Source of the DNA: Halioglobus sp.
GTDB taxonomy: Bacteria > Pseudomonadota > Gammaproteobacteria > Pseudomonadales > Halieaceae
Direction of reading: 5' to 3'
Length of the DNA: 64,000 nucleotides
NCBI GenBank assembly: GCA_041688425.1
Contig: JBDNIE010000365.1
Span: forward strand, 746 to 64,745
The notes below the pieces were generated by a model. It did no database searches. It saw only the letters and a list, made by a program, of their open reading frames with translations, and had not been told where the DNA came from. This document shows positions 18,080 through 26,223 of this stretch, in pieces. The position numbers and the translations under genes were made by a program. How positions within the stretch are numbered: the first letter of the stretch is position 1; every line of letters begins with the position of its first letter.

Positions 18080-18835
18080 TCAATACATCAGCCGCTCTTT
18101 CTCAGTCACTAGCTGCGCGCCGGTCAGCAAGCGCCGCGTTTTCTTGAAGGCCATACGCAGCGGCCGGTACTCCTCGAACACAACAATAAAGACTTTGCGA
18201 TAGTAGTTTTGCGGGCAGTTAATGCGCCTGACCCCGTGCCATGAATTACCGCGCCGACCAAATAAAATACTGCGGTTATCTTTAGCGATGGCAGGGTACT
18301 GGGCATCAAAATCCTCAAACGACGGTGCGCTATCCGCTGCGATGCGATGGTTGTCGTCGAGGATGACAGTCTCACCACCCCAGCTCCAGTCCCAGTCATC
18401 TTCGGTGTTGAGATAAAAGATCTGTGAACCGAGTTTGCCTTTTGAGTCGCAGTGAGGTGACAATTCTCCGCCTGCGGGCGTGAAGTGCCAGTGAAAACGA
18501 AACCGCACGTTGGACACATTCAGCAACCTGCAGATGAAGCCTCGGTAGCTGTCGCTGCACAGTTCCTCGACAAAATCACGCCATACCGAGGCAAGTTCCA
18601 TGCCGCGCTCATAGTCCAGGATATAACGGTCATGGCTGGCCTGACCGTGCTTGCGTTGCTTGCCAAAAAACGCATTAAAAGTTGACAGTTCCGGCAGATT
18701 GGCCAGCAACTCTGGATACCGATCCGGCGCAATAAAATGCTGCGGATTTACCCACGGGAAAGGCATTTTTGTCTGAAACTCAGCGGGGTCAATAGCGTTG
18801 AGCACTGTGGAATTCAGGTAGGGTTGACTGGCCAT
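18080..18835 (-). CDS. 2OG-Fe(II) oxygenase superfamily protein
   Basis: 251 aa with an H-x-D facial-triad candidate (SPHCDS) and a distal His (NSWHGV), as in prolyl-hydroxylase-like 2OG oxygenases. Confidence 0.7.
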   Translation of the reverse strand: MASQPYLNSTVLNAIDPAEFQTKMPFPWVNPQHFIAPDRYPELLANLPELSTFNAFFGKQRKHGQASHDRYILDYERGMELASVWRDFVEELCSDSYRGFICRLLNVSNVRFRFHWHFTPAGGELSPHCDSKGKLGSQIFYLNTEDDWDWSWGGETVILDDNHRIAADSAPSFEDFDAQYPAIAKDNRSILFGRRGNSWHGVRRINCPQNYYRKVFIVVFEEYRPLRMAFKKTRRLLTGAQLVTEKERLMY

Positions 18836-18935
18836 CGCTTCACTGCTGGCAAAGGAGCTCAGTATACGATTCCCCTGTTGCCAGGAACAGCCAAGATTGT
18901 GTGCAGGAATTGCGGCCGCGGAAACTTATCCCGTA

Positions 18936-20216
18936 TCAGCTGGCCAATGCCGTAATGGTCTCCTTGAGCATGCCGGCCGGTTTCGAGCGCGCATTGGCAC
19001 TCGCCAGCGCAGCACCGCCGATACGCGCTGTACGCAAATCACCAAAGGGCGAGCCCAGGCCACTGTTGACGATCAACGCCACCGAAAGCCCGCGCTGGGG
19101 GTCGGCCCATGCCCCGGAGCCGCCAAAGCCGAAGTGGCCAAAACCCTCCCGCGGAAAACCCCGCGTTGTTGCCACTCCGTGGTAACCCAGTCGCCAGCGC
19201 ATATCGAAGGGGATCACCGAGAGCTTGCCGGTGGGCTTTTGCAGGGCCGTAGCCTTCTCCAGAGTTTTGCGCGAGATCAACTGGACTCCGTCAAGTTCTC
19301 CTCCATTGGCCAGTAACGCATACAGTCGCGCCAGAGAGCGAGCTGTGAACAGGCCGTTGGCAGCGGGTATCGCCGCGCGCAGGGACTCTGGCGAACCAAA
19401 ATCAAAATCACTCACGCCGCGCGGCGCCAGCGCGTCGAAGATACTTGCCAGATCCGAATCCACTCCTAAACGCTGCAGCACCGCACTGAGGCGACTAGCG
19501 CCGATCTCGAGCCTGCTGCCCAGCGAGGTCTGTGCCAGGCGCTTGGTAGAGTCGGGAAATATCAGTTTTGCCGCACGTGGAATCTCGTGCGACGGAGTAC
19601 CGATGAATAGTCCGTCCAGTTGCAACGGCCGGGCAATGTCCTTCTGCACAAGGTCAGAGAATTTCTTGCCCGTAACCCGCTGGATAATCTCGCCCACCAA
19701 AAAACCAAACGTTAATCCGTGATAACCGGTGCGCGTGCCGGGCGGATGCGCCGGTACGGCCTGCTCAATGGCATTCACCATGTACTTCCAGTCCAGCATA
19801 CGATCTATATGATCGATCATTTGGCGAATATGGTAGAGCCCGGATTGATGGGCCAGCACCTGCCTCACCGTGATATCTTTTTTGCCGGCTTGGCCGAACT
19901 CCGGCCAGTACTTCGATACGCGCGCATCGTAATCAATCAATCCGCGATCAGCATAGATATGCAACAGCGTAGCGGCTACGCCCTTGGTGGTGGAAAAACT
20001 CGGGGCCATGGTGTCCTGGGTCCACAGGGCACCCTCGTCGTCCTTATAACCGCCCCACAAATCAACTACGCACTCACCGCGGTGATACACACTGACTGCC
20101 GCTCCGCCCCGGTAGTTGCGCAACATGTCGCGCAGCGTGGCTTCAACGGCAGCAAAATCCGGGTGAATTCGACCGTCCAGATGCACTCTGGGCAAGCGCG
20201 AGCGGCGTAATGTCAT
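18936..20216 (-). CDS. serine hydrolase, beta-lactamase / esterase (class C-like) family
   Basis: S-x-x-K motif SFSTTKG plus YHGLTFG. Start set to Met58 (20216), because the longer ORF would overlap the upstream lipoprotein gene. Confidence 0.85.
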   Translation of the reverse strand: MTLRRSRLPRVHLDGRIHPDFAAVEATLRDMLRNYRGGAAVSVYHRGECVVDLWGGYKDDEGALWTQDTMAPSFSTTKGVAATLLHIYADRGLIDYDARVSKYWPEFGQAGKKDITVRQVLAHQSGLYHIRQMIDHIDRMLDWKYMVNAIEQAVPAHPPGTRTGYHGLTFGFLVGEIIQRVTGKKFSDLVQKDIARPLQLDGLFIGTPSHEIPRAAKLIFPDSTKRLAQTSLGSRLEIGASRLSAVLQRLGVDSDLASIFDALAPRGVSDFDFGSPESLRAAIPAANGLFTARSLARLYALLANGGELDGVQLISRKTLEKATALQKPTGKLSVIPFDMRWRLGYHGVATTRGFPREGFGHFGFGGSGAWADPQRGLSVALIVNSGLGSPFGDLRTARIGGAALASANARSKPAGMLKETITALAS

Positions 20217-20358
20217 TGCGAACTCCAACAATTTTGTATTGTTATCAAGATGATAATTGGCATTGTCTCGGGCAAAACATAGCACACAATGCCCAGCGAG
20301 AACCCCAGCAAACCAGACCCTGGTCACTCTTACGAGAGAAGATATGCACTGAAGAGGG

Positions 20359-20718
20359 CTAGTTAAGCACCCGATATCCGCGGCCACGGAGGCAGTTTTT
20401 AACTACTTGAACTTCGGTCTGGCTGCCATTGATCACACCTTTGGTGCCGCCGCCAACTGCGCCCACGCCTGCGCCCCTGGCAGCGCCTTCGGTGCCGCCG
20501 GTGATGGCGCCGATTAAACCGCCCACTACGGCTCCGGAAGCCGCGCCCACGGCGGTTTTTTCACCGGTCTTGACGGATTCAGAGTAGGTCTGGCACTCCG
20601 CCAGATCATTCTGGTAAGCGGTCATGTTGACGCCTTTCTGATCGATGATGATTTCATCGGTAGTGGTGCAAGCGGTCAGCGCCAGAACCATCAAAATGGC
20701 TGTAATCGTGTACTTCAT
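20359..20718 (-). CDS. glycine-zipper outer-membrane lipoprotein
   Basis: MKYTITAILMVLALTAC lipobox followed by Gly-zipper repeats GAASGAVVGGLIGAITGGTEGAARGAGVGAVGGG. Confidence 0.8.
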   Translation of the reverse strand: MKYTITAILMVLALTACTTTDEIIIDQKGVNMTAYQNDLAECQTYSESVKTGEKTAVGAASGAVVGGLIGAITGGTEGAARGAGVGAVGGGTKGVINGSQTEVQVVKNCLRGRGYRVLN

Positions 20719-21013
20719 AGTTCTCAGACCCCGCATCCTGATTTGGCTCAGGCTAGCATGGATGGCAGTGAAAATCGCCGTTACCAAGGCGCGGGGAAGG
20801 CAGTTTCTAGCGGGGTTTGCTAAGACCAGCAGCGGGACTGGCCCCTTTCACTTGCTAATAGTCATGGTTTCACAATGCAGACCCGTCACTTCAATATGAC
20901 CGAAGTCGTACAATAAAATCCTATACACTATGTGCCTGATACACTTTACGCGACAACGCTCAGCGCCACTTGTTGCAGCAGTCGCCCAGTCACCGCAAAC
21001 AGGAGATACCCGC

Positions 21014-22528
21014 ATGCGCCAACTCACTGGCCTCGACGCTTCGTTCCTCTACCTGGAAACTGCGAATGCGCCGATGCACATATCGGGCCTGTCGATCTAC
21101 GATCAATCAACCGCACCCGGCGGGCTCGTGCGCTTCAAGGACATCGTCGCAAATACCAACGACCGCATGATGGGCCTGCCCGTGATGACGCAGAAGCTGG
21201 TCAACGTGCCCATGGGGCTCGACCACCCCTACTGGGTGACCGATGGCGCCTATGATCCGGAGTTCCACATTCGCCACCTCGCACTGCCCAAGCCGGGTGA
21301 CTGGCGGCAACTCTGTATTTTGATTTCTCGCCTGCACGCACGCCAACTGGACCGCGCCCGCCCGCTGTGGGAGCTGTACATCATCGAGGGCCTGGACAAT
21401 GTAAAGGGTGCTCCCAAGGGTAGCTTTGCCATGTTCACCAAAACCCATCACGCTGCGGTCGACGGTACCTCCGGGATGGAATTGACAGCCGCAGTTCACG
21501 ATTTGACGCCGGACTACCAGCAGGCCCGGCATACTGCGACCATCAGCGTTGACAGCGAACCCTCCTCCATCGAGCTGCTGCTGCGGTCGCAATTCAATAC
21601 TCTGCGCAAACCCTTCCACTTCCTGAGTGTGGCACGCAACACCGTGCCGGGCCTGGCCAGGGTGATCGCCGGCTTATCGCGCGGCCAGCTGAGCCGAGTC
21701 AAGGATATTCCGCGCACCCGCTTTAACACCAATGTCTCACCGCACCGCGTTTTTGATGCCATTAACGTGCCCCTCGACGCTGTGAAAAAAATCAAGAACT
21801 CGGTGCCAGGTGCAACGGTCAATGATGCGGCCATTGCGATTGTCGGAGGCGCGTTGCGCAAGTACCTGCAGTCTCACGATGAATTGCCTCAGCATTCGCT
21901 GGCAGCGATGGCACCCATCAATGTGCGCTCCGGCAAGGACAAGACTGGCGGCAATGTCGTGGCGAGCATGACCGTTGCGGTGCGCAGCGACATCGAAGAT
22001 CCTCTTGAGCGATTGGAAGCCGTGCACAGTAGCAGCAGCAAAGCCAAGGAACTGACCAACGCGATCGGGGCCAAAACCATGACCGACTACACGCAGTTCA
22101 TTCCCTCCACGCTGACCGCACAGGCTGCACGCCTGGTCAGCCGTTGGGGCCTGATGAATCGTATGAGCCCGCAGTTCAATTGCGTGATCACCAACGTGCC
22201 CGGGCCGCCCATCCCGCTGTACAACACCGGCGCAAAAATGGTTGCCAACTACGGTACCGGACCGGTGCTGGACGGGGTCGGCCTGTTCCATGTCATCAGC
22301 AGTTACTGCGGCCAATTCGTGATCAGCGCCACCAGCTGTCGGGTGATGATGCCAGACCCGGCCTTCTACGCGCAGTGCCTGCGCGACAGCTTCGATGAAA
22401 TGCTGGCAGCAGCCAATAATGTCAAACCCGTCGCCGCGCCGACTGGCAAACCGAAGAAAAGCACGCCTCAACGCGCAAAGAAACCCGCAAAAAAAGCCAC
22501 ACGTAGCAAAACCCGGAAAGCGGCCTAA
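21014..22528 (+). CDS. wax ester synthase / diacylglycerol acyltransferase (WS/DGAT)
   Basis: HHAAVDG active-site box, N-terminus MRQLTGLDASFLYLE typical of WS/DGAT, AGGAGA RBS before ATG 21014. C-terminal Lys/Pro/Ala-rich tail. Confidence 0.9.
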   Translation: MRQLTGLDASFLYLETANAPMHISGLSIYDQSTAPGGLVRFKDIVANTNDRMMGLPVMTQKLVNVPMGLDHPYWVTDGAYDPEFHIRHLALPKPGDWRQLCILISRLHARQLDRARPLWELYIIEGLDNVKGAPKGSFAMFTKTHHAAVDGTSGMELTAAVHDLTPDYQQARHTATISVDSEPSSIELLLRSQFNTLRKPFHFLSVARNTVPGLARVIAGLSRGQLSRVKDIPRTRFNTNVSPHRVFDAINVPLDAVKKIKNSVPGATVNDAAIAIVGGALRKYLQSHDELPQHSLAAMAPINVRSGKDKTGGNVVASMTVAVRSDIEDPLERLEAVHSSSSKAKELTNAIGAKTMTDYTQFIPSTLTAQAARLVSRWGLMNRMSPQFNCVITNVPGPPIPLYNTGAKMVANYGTGPVLDGVGLFHVISSYCGQFVISATSCRVMMPDPAFYAQCLRDSFDEMLAAANNVKPVAAPTGKPKKSTPQRAKKPAKKATRSKTRKAA

Positions 22529-22530
22529 AC

Positions 22531-23217
22531 ATGCAACCGCCCAACCTGCTGCTGGCGCTGAGCGATGCCCCGCGCGCACTGGCAGATGCTGCCTTCCTGA
22601 ATATGGCGGCCCCGCTGTTGCGCCGGCTACCGCACGCCCCACGGCACCAGAGCGTTATGGTCATCCCTGGCTTTCTGGGCGACGACCGAGGCAACGGACC
22701 GCTTATCAGGTTCCTGCAGCATCTGGGTTACACCGCCAGCGGCTGGGGCCAGGGCCGCAATCTGGGGCCGCAAAGTTTCACTGAGGACGGCCTCCGCGCG
22801 GCGCTGGAGCCACTGCTTGCGTGCGGTGATGGCAAAGTCGCACTGATCGGTCACTCGCTGGGTGGTATTTATGCGCGAGAAATAGCACGCCAGCAGCCAG
22901 AGCAGATTGCACAGGTGATTACATTGGGCAGTCCGTTTGGCAAGGGACGGCAGAATGCATCTCACGCCAGCCGACTTTTCCACCGATTGAATCCACAAGC
23001 CGACGACCGCCGTGCCGATGACAGCCTTTCGCTGCCGCCGCCAGTGCCCACCACGGCGATCTATACCAAAGCAGATGGTGTGGTGAACTGGCGGACATCA
23101 CTACAAACAGGTTCCTACTCCAACGTACAAAATATCCAGGTGTTGGGCAGCCATATCGGCCTGAACCTCAATGCCGCCGTGTGGTATTGGGTGGCAAAAA
23201 AACTCGCGGAGCGATAG
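22531..23217 (+). CDS. alpha/beta-fold hydrolase (lipase/esterase-like)
   Basis: GHSLGG nucleophile elbow. Starts 2 nt after the WS/DGAT stop. Confidence 0.8.
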   Translation: MQPPNLLLALSDAPRALADAAFLNMAAPLLRRLPHAPRHQSVMVIPGFLGDDRGNGPLIRFLQHLGYTASGWGQGRNLGPQSFTEDGLRAALEPLLACGDGKVALIGHSLGGIYAREIARQQPEQIAQVITLGSPFGKGRQNASHASRLFHRLNPQADDRRADDSLSLPPPVPTTAIYTKADGVVNWRTSLQTGSYSNVQNIQVLGSHIGLNLNAAVWYWVAKKLAER

Positions 23218-23419
23218 CAATGATTGAACTCGTAACCCTGCCGCCCGCAAGCAGCCCTCATCCCTCGTATCCGCGAAACCCAAACGCCACCGCGATGCAA
23301 GGCGAGCAACAGCGGGCATGCCCTGAGGCGCGAACTGACGACACTGGCGCAGCGTGAAGACGATGTCCTCGCCGTGGTTCACCGGCAACTAATTCATCTT
23401 TAAATCCCAGGAGAAAACC

Positions 23420-24298
23420 ATGTCTTACCAGACGATACGTTACGACGTTGCCGACAATATTCTAACACTCACATTGCACCGACCCGATCATCTCAATGCG
23501 TTCACAATCGAGATGGCGCATGAGCTGATAGCGGCCTTTAATCGCGCCAGCGATGACGATGAGGTTCGCGCCATTGTGGTCACCGGGGAGGGGCGCGCCT
23601 TCTGTGCCGGCATGGATCTCTCCGGAAGCGGCAACGTGTTCGGGCTCAATGAGGACCTGGCACCAACCATGGAGGATATGGAACACAAGCTGAACGATCC
23701 CGAATTTATCAAAGGTGTGCGCGATACCGGGGGGCGGGTCACCCTGGCAATCTATGACTGCAAAAAACCTGTGATCGCGGCGATTAACGGCGCAGCTGTG
23801 GGCATCGGCGCCACTATGACATGCGCAATGGATATCCGCTTGGCATCCGAGCACGCGCGTATCGGCTTCGTCTTCAACAAGATCGGCATTACGCCCGAAG
23901 CCTGTTCGAGCTGGTTCCTGCCGCGCATTGTCGGCATTGCACAGGCGCTGGAATGGGTCTATACGGCAGAAATACTCACCGCCGAAGCCGCGCTCGCAGG
24001 AAGATTCGTCAGCGCGGTTGTGCCCGCCGACGAGTTACTGGAAAAAGCCTACGGCATTGCGCGGCGCATTGCCCAGCACAGCCCGGTGGCTATCGCCCTC
24101 ACACGGCAGATGATGTACCGCTGCGCGGCCCAGGAGCACCCTGTCGAAGCACACAAGGTAGACTCACTGGCCATCTACTACACCAGCCAGAGCAGCGGCA
24201 AGGAGGGCGTGAAGTCCTTCCTGGAAAAGCGCGCGCCCGTATTTACCGAGCACGCATCCACAGACATGCCAGACTTTTATCCCTGGTGGGATGAGTAG
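23420..24298 (+). CDS. enoyl-CoA hydratase/isomerase (crotonase) family protein
   Basis: ILTLTLHRPDHLNAF, VVTGEGRAFCAGMDL and AAINGAAVGIGATM crotonase signatures. Confidence 0.9.
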   Translation: MSYQTIRYDVADNILTLTLHRPDHLNAFTIEMAHELIAAFNRASDDDEVRAIVVTGEGRAFCAGMDLSGSGNVFGLNEDLAPTMEDMEHKLNDPEFIKGVRDTGGRVTLAIYDCKKPVIAAINGAAVGIGATMTCAMDIRLASEHARIGFVFNKIGITPEACSSWFLPRIVGIAQALEWVYTAEILTAEAALAGRFVSAVVPADELLEKAYGIARRIAQHSPVAIALTRQMMYRCAAQEHPVEAHKVDSLAIYYTSQSSGKEGVKSFLEKRAPVFTEHASTDMPDFYPWWDE

Positions 24299-24426
24299 AA
24301 AAGGACACGCAACGTGTCGGGCGATATACTTGGTTATTACAACATTCAGGCAGTGAGCTCCCTGCGGTTGGAGAACGCACTTGCAAATGTCTATAGTATT
24401 AGCGTCGAGCGTTGCGGCTATATCCC

Positions 24427-24642
24427 ATGAATCGAATCAATCCAGCAAAGTTACTCAATAGCAAATGGACTGCGGTGAGACCCCTCAGGAGAGAAAAGCA
24501 TTTTATAGTATCTGAAGTTGAGTTTGATGAAGACAATGTCGTTCTTTCCTGCCTGATAGAAGCCGTTATGTCGAAGCGCACAACTGCAATAGCCTGGCAT
24601 GAGTTGGAAAATGAGAGCGCTTGGCTTCAGGGCTGGAAATGA
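24427..24642 (+). CDS. TIGR02450-like tryptophan-rich small protein
   Basis: MNRINPAKLLNSKWTAV..EKHF..EVEF.. pattern recalled for this family; 71 aa from ATG 24427. Confidence 0.6.
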   Translation: MNRINPAKLLNSKWTAVRPLRREKHFIVSEVEFDEDNVVLSCLIEAVMSKRTTAIAWHELENESAWLQGWK

Positions 24643-24785
24643 ACTGACAACTGTATTTAATCTCGTTATCGAAGCCGAATAGCTAGCTCTCCTCCATGCA
24701 CCAATCCAAAGCGCAAATGCTGTTCTGAAGCAAATTAGTTCAGGATTATGTGTAGCAGTAGTAAGTCGGTGGTTAATGGTTTGAA

Positions 24786-24800
24786 GTGGATTAAATCCAC
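24786..24800. promoter_or_regulatory. palindrome GTGGATT-a-AATCCAC about 30 nt upstream of the MFS transporter start
   Basis: 7-bp arms read directly. A lone AATCCAC half-site recurs at 26134-26140, upstream of the atuA-like gene. Confidence 0.35.
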
Positions 24801-24831
24801 ATGCTAGGCTGCCCGTCTATTGGAGAACGTC

Positions 24832-26055
24832 ATGCGTCCGCAGTTCGCGTTTGGGTTTATTTTTGTCACAGTACTGCTGGATTCTATCGGCTTCGGCATC
24901 ATTATGCCGGTAGTGCCTCAGCTCATTATGGATATTTCTGGTGACACGCTCACCGGCGCAGCGCGCACCAGCGGCCTCCTCATGTTCGCCTTTGCCGGCA
25001 TGCAGTTTGTCGCCTCACCCGTGTTGGGCAACCTTTCAGACCGTTACGGGCGGCGCCCGGTGCTGCTGTGCTCGTTGCTGGCGATGGTGTGCAATTACCT
25101 GTTGATGGGCTGGGCGCCGACGCTGTTCTGGCTGTTCATCGGGCGCATTATCGGCGGTGTGTCGGCGTCTACTTACGGTATCGCCATGGCGTATGTGGCC
25201 GATACCTTTGCACCTGAGAAACGTGCCCAGTATTTCGCCTTGCTGGGGGCGGGATTCGGCCTTGGCTTTATCATCGGGCCGGCCATCGGTGGTTTCCTCG
25301 GCGAATATGGCACGCGTATGCCTTTCTATGCGGCGGCATGTTTGACGGCTATCAATATGGTCTATGGCTATTTCATTCTCCCTGAATCCCTAAAGAGTGA
25401 TAACCGTCGCGCCTTTAGTATGGCCAGAGCGAATCCTCTGGGTGCTTTGAATCAGCTGAGGAAATACCCCGGCGTGATGGCGCTGGTGCTGGTGTACTTC
25501 ACCTATATGCTCGGCCACTTCTCTCTGCCCAGCATCTGGGCGTTTTTCACCATCGAGAAGTTTAATTGGTCGCCGCGCGACATTGGTTTCTCACTGAGCG
25601 CAATTGGCGTGGCAATGATCATCGTGCAGGCGTTTCTTATCCGCCGTGTGCTGCCCATATGGGGGCCGACCAAGACCGCGGTGGTGGGTCTGGTGGCCAC
25701 GTCCTTAAGTTTCGTCCTTTACGCCTTCGCTCCCTATGGTTGGATGATGTACCCGATCATCGCGGTGGGGGCGCTGCAGGGGTTTGTGGTGCCCTCTGTG
25801 CAGAGCATTATGTCAGCGCGCGTACCGTCTAACGCGCAGGGCGAATTGCAGGGCGCCATTGGCAGCATGAGCGGTCTGGTAGCCATTCTCAGTCCGCCGT
25901 TCATGACTCAGCTCTTTGCCTACTTCAGCTCGGACGAGAGCGTCGTCTACTTCCCGGGCGCACCGTTTATCGCCTCTGCCATTTTTACCCTGCTGGCGCT
26001 AACGTTACTGCTGCGCACGGTGACCAGACAGCCCGTGAAGGAGCGCTCTGACTAA
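24832..26055 (+). CDS. MFS transporter (tetracycline-resistance/TCR-like subfamily)
   Basis: 12 hydrophobic segments and GNLSDRYGRRPVLL (MFS motif A). ATG 24832 behind GGAGAA. Confidence 0.85.
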   Translation: MRPQFAFGFIFVTVLLDSIGFGIIMPVVPQLIMDISGDTLTGAARTSGLLMFAFAGMQFVASPVLGNLSDRYGRRPVLLCSLLAMVCNYLLMGWAPTLFWLFIGRIIGGVSASTYGIAMAYVADTFAPEKRAQYFALLGAGFGLGFIIGPAIGGFLGEYGTRMPFYAAACLTAINMVYGYFILPESLKSDNRRAFSMARANPLGALNQLRKYPGVMALVLVYFTYMLGHFSLPSIWAFFTIEKFNWSPRDIGFSLSAIGVAMIIVQAFLIRRVLPIWGPTKTAVVGLVATSLSFVLYAFAPYGWMMYPIIAVGALQGFVVPSVQSIMSARVPSNAQGELQGAIGSMSGLVAILSPPFMTQLFAYFSSDESVVYFPGAPFIASAIFTLLALTLLLRTVTRQPVKERSD

Positions 26056-26077
26056 TACACTGGCGCGAAGTCAGTAT

Positions 26078-26093
26078 GTGCCACCTATGGGCT
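26078..26093 (+). repeat. partial third copy of the shared intergenic core (GTGCCACCTATGGGCT)
   Basis: Differs at one position from GTGCCACCTTTGGGCT at 3534-3549. Followed by a second AAGTGCCAT unit at 26098-26106. Confidence 0.4.
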
Positions 26094-26223
26094 TGAGTAA
26101 GTGCCATTCCGGTCTAAGGATTTGTCTGGCGTGAATCCACACAAGGCGGCGCTCTATACCATGTGCCGCGCCTGTTGATCCGGTACTATATGGCTTCCTG
26201 CCCAATCACTCAGGACAAGACCT

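Noticed and set aside
20217-20387. N-terminal extension of the serine-hydrolase ORF.
   Set aside because: It would overlap the 3' end of the upstream Gly-zipper lipoprotein gene. Met58 (20216) gives a normal-length enzyme.
21737-22642. 301-aa minus-strand ORF opposite the WS/DGAT gene. Similar long antisense ORFs occur at 30452-31483, 31853-32788, 37704-38468, 47866-48570, 53392-54102 and 56559-57284.
   Set aside because: All lie antisense to genes with strong family motifs. Their products are Arg/Gly/His-rich low-complexity sequences with no recognisable domains. They are typical shadow ORFs of GC-rich DNA.
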